Positions 44,401 through 44,894 of a stretch of 44,894 nt of DNA are shown piece after piece. Each line of letters starts with the position of its first letter. Position 1 is the stretch's first letter. The notes under the pieces are model-generated. The model was not told the DNA's origin and ran no database searches. It saw only the letters and a program-made list of their open reading frames with translations. The stretch is taken from the IMG/VR virus record IMGVR_UViG_3300037423_001351, positions 1 to 44,894 of that record; one strand, given 5' to 3'. Position numbers and translations under genes: made by a program. The DNA comes from a virus. Its lineage: Duplodnaviria; Caudoviricetes.

Positions 44401-44835
44401 TGCCTCGCTGCTGACGACGCTCTCTGTGTCACCTGTGGTCAATGCCAAGCAGTCGTCGCTTAGCAGTTCGATCAGATCGTCCCAGGTGACGCGTGGGACA
44501 TAGTAGAAGCGGTCAGTCTGGAAGCCGCGGGTGAGCAGGCGATAGATCGACCGCATGCCTTCTTCGTTGACCGGGAACAGTTTGATGTAATGCTCGTCCG
44601 CTTCCTTCTCGGCCGCTTCGATCACACGGACCCGCACACCGATGAGGAACTGCTTGCCGAGCTTCGTGACCGTCTTGGTGCCGTCAATCAGCGACGTGAC
44701 GGACATGGTGTCGACAACGCCGATCACGTCAGCGTTCGCCTTTGAAATACAGTCACCCAGCTGGTCGGTGCTGATAATTGATTCTCCGAGCGACAAATCG
44801 GTTCTGACGCCCAGCAAGCTGTGAATTTTGGTCAC
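41449..44835 (-). CDS. dnaE: DNA polymerase III alpha-type (family C) polymerase with C-terminal UDG-like domain
   Basis: GPGRGS.GGSLVAY, LLFERFINP.R..LPD.DLDF, GTHAAG, KLDVLGL, GVFQFE, YQEQVM, YAFNRSHA; C-terminal EIEVLKPPVIVLLG. Confidence 0.95.
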   Translation of the reverse strand: MTKIHSLLGVRTDLSLGESIISTDQLGDCISKANADVIGVVDTMSVTSLIDGTKTVTKLGKQFLIGVRVRVIEAAEKEADEHYIKLFPVNEEGMRSIYRLLTRGFQTDRFYYVPRVTWDDLIELLSDDCLALTTGDTESVVSSEAAVKGLARLVAAKRFAARFYELAPYGTPYFSRQNRRAIKIGRALGFEPLVSAPVCWLETGQSLSYSVIASIAERRPYPDYLRPATGYQPFTASELALGAVNAARKIEERYKENVKADFHDGLKNTDKLVQLCSGYKWSKQDASLPVLAADPDAELVKECKKGWSERFSKPVLAHQPTVAELQANYLPRLQFELDTLKRLGFAQYFLLVQDLVQWSKRNGIYVGPGRGSVGGSLVAYLMGITDVDPIRFDLLFERFINPDRLDLPDADLDFMSTRRQEVVDYLVQRWGADKVAGIVNYNTLGARSALNDVSKIFGADPSRVKHHIGDTHGVTHSLTEARENAPELDEWAKANPGVWSIAATLEGKMRTYGTHAAGIVVAGIPIVERSVIEKRGDARVINWDKRTSEEQGLIKLDVLGLSTLDMFDQAIKLIFARHSVKLDINAIPLDDAATLDIFTTAKTAGVFQFEGGSVRRLLKEMAKSHPLTFEDLVALNALNRPGPLDAGLTEAYVRRRAGIEAITYPHPKLEDILKPTFGVICYQEQVMQVSRVLSGYTPGEADMLRKIMGKKLPEEMAKQRDKFVNGAVTLSGMDQAAADKLFTDIEGFAGYAFNRSHAVEYTLISYQAAYIKAHYLVEFYAASMGIASSTLPSIVKQAKKDGITVLPPDVNNSTHQFEPLNDLTISAPLSAVMGVSEKGASAIMAARAATEPVITETSNGLRGKARQMIQHSWGPGPFASMEDFRNRVEARAVNSKAMENLDRVGAFARIEPGQLPATDTSRQKDQIELMPDLTDQGVIADRDIRVCEVAYDKLTDIYAEMCEAMPEIQVVDTKVGNTPKLMLILDHPFNDYQHPKDQHSFREFVAPSLNAAGLKWDDCVLSYCARRPKAKAEKEVPPTERAISLPFLFKEIEVLKPPVIVLLGNASIKAFFPDIKKPGEAIGHKAFSGQLDATVIVGFNPTRLYHNPEMTDQLTAVFQSAAELVNPN

Positions 44836-44894
44836 TGAATCTCCGCGATTTTGGTTTTCTTGTTGAAGTTGATGCGACCGCACCGCTGCAGGAA

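Noticed and set aside
124-44824. Many plus-strand ORFs, some long (27094-28455, 34096-35283, 38624-39700, 42391-43452)
   Set aside because: They are antisense shadows of recognisable minus-strand genes in GC-rich DNA and show no motifs.
27583-44835. Inteins or introns in nrdA, recA or dnaE
   Set aside because: Frames are continuous, of ordinary length, and lack intein splice motifs or homing endonuclease signatures.
1-44894. tRNA genes, integrase, transposase, virion structural genes
   Set aside because: None recognised by eye; tRNAscan-SE/ARAGORN would be needed to exclude tRNAs firmly.

Overview
A GC-rich 44.9 kb segment of a large dsDNA phage, probably infecting an alphaproteobacterium (one gene resembles a conserved sphingomonad protein, from my recall). 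All credible genes lie on the minus strand. The right half (~20-44.9 kb) is a replication, recombination and nucleotide-metabolism module: DnaE-type polymerase with a C-terminal UDG-like domain, UvsY-like protein, SSB, 5'-3' exonuclease, RecA, SbcD/SbcC, RuvC-like resolvase, NrdA/NrdB, ThyX, MazG-like pyrophosphatase, P-loop kinase and DnaQ-like exonuclease, plus a CarF/TMEM189-type lipid desaturase and an orphan methyltransferase. The left half (1-20 kb) is a dense array of small, translationally coupled early/accessory genes, including a (p)ppGpp-hydrolase-like HD protein, an RMF-like protein, a stand-alone BRCT protein and a DUF4942-type methyltransferase. Three dispersed signals are not explained by gene annotation: (1) at least six unrelated proteins end in G-[S/T]-F-stop, four as [W/F]G[S/T]F; (2) eleven short hairpins with covarying stems and a conserved loop sit just upstream of ribosome-binding sites; (3) about 17 copies of an 18-bp pseudo-palindrome, TGTGTY-N6-YAYGCA, occur in promoter regions. 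The leftmost 1.9 kb also has CCATGG-rich, ~10-bp-periodic non-coding tracts. All family assignments come from motif recognition by eye, not database searches, and many start codons are my estimates.
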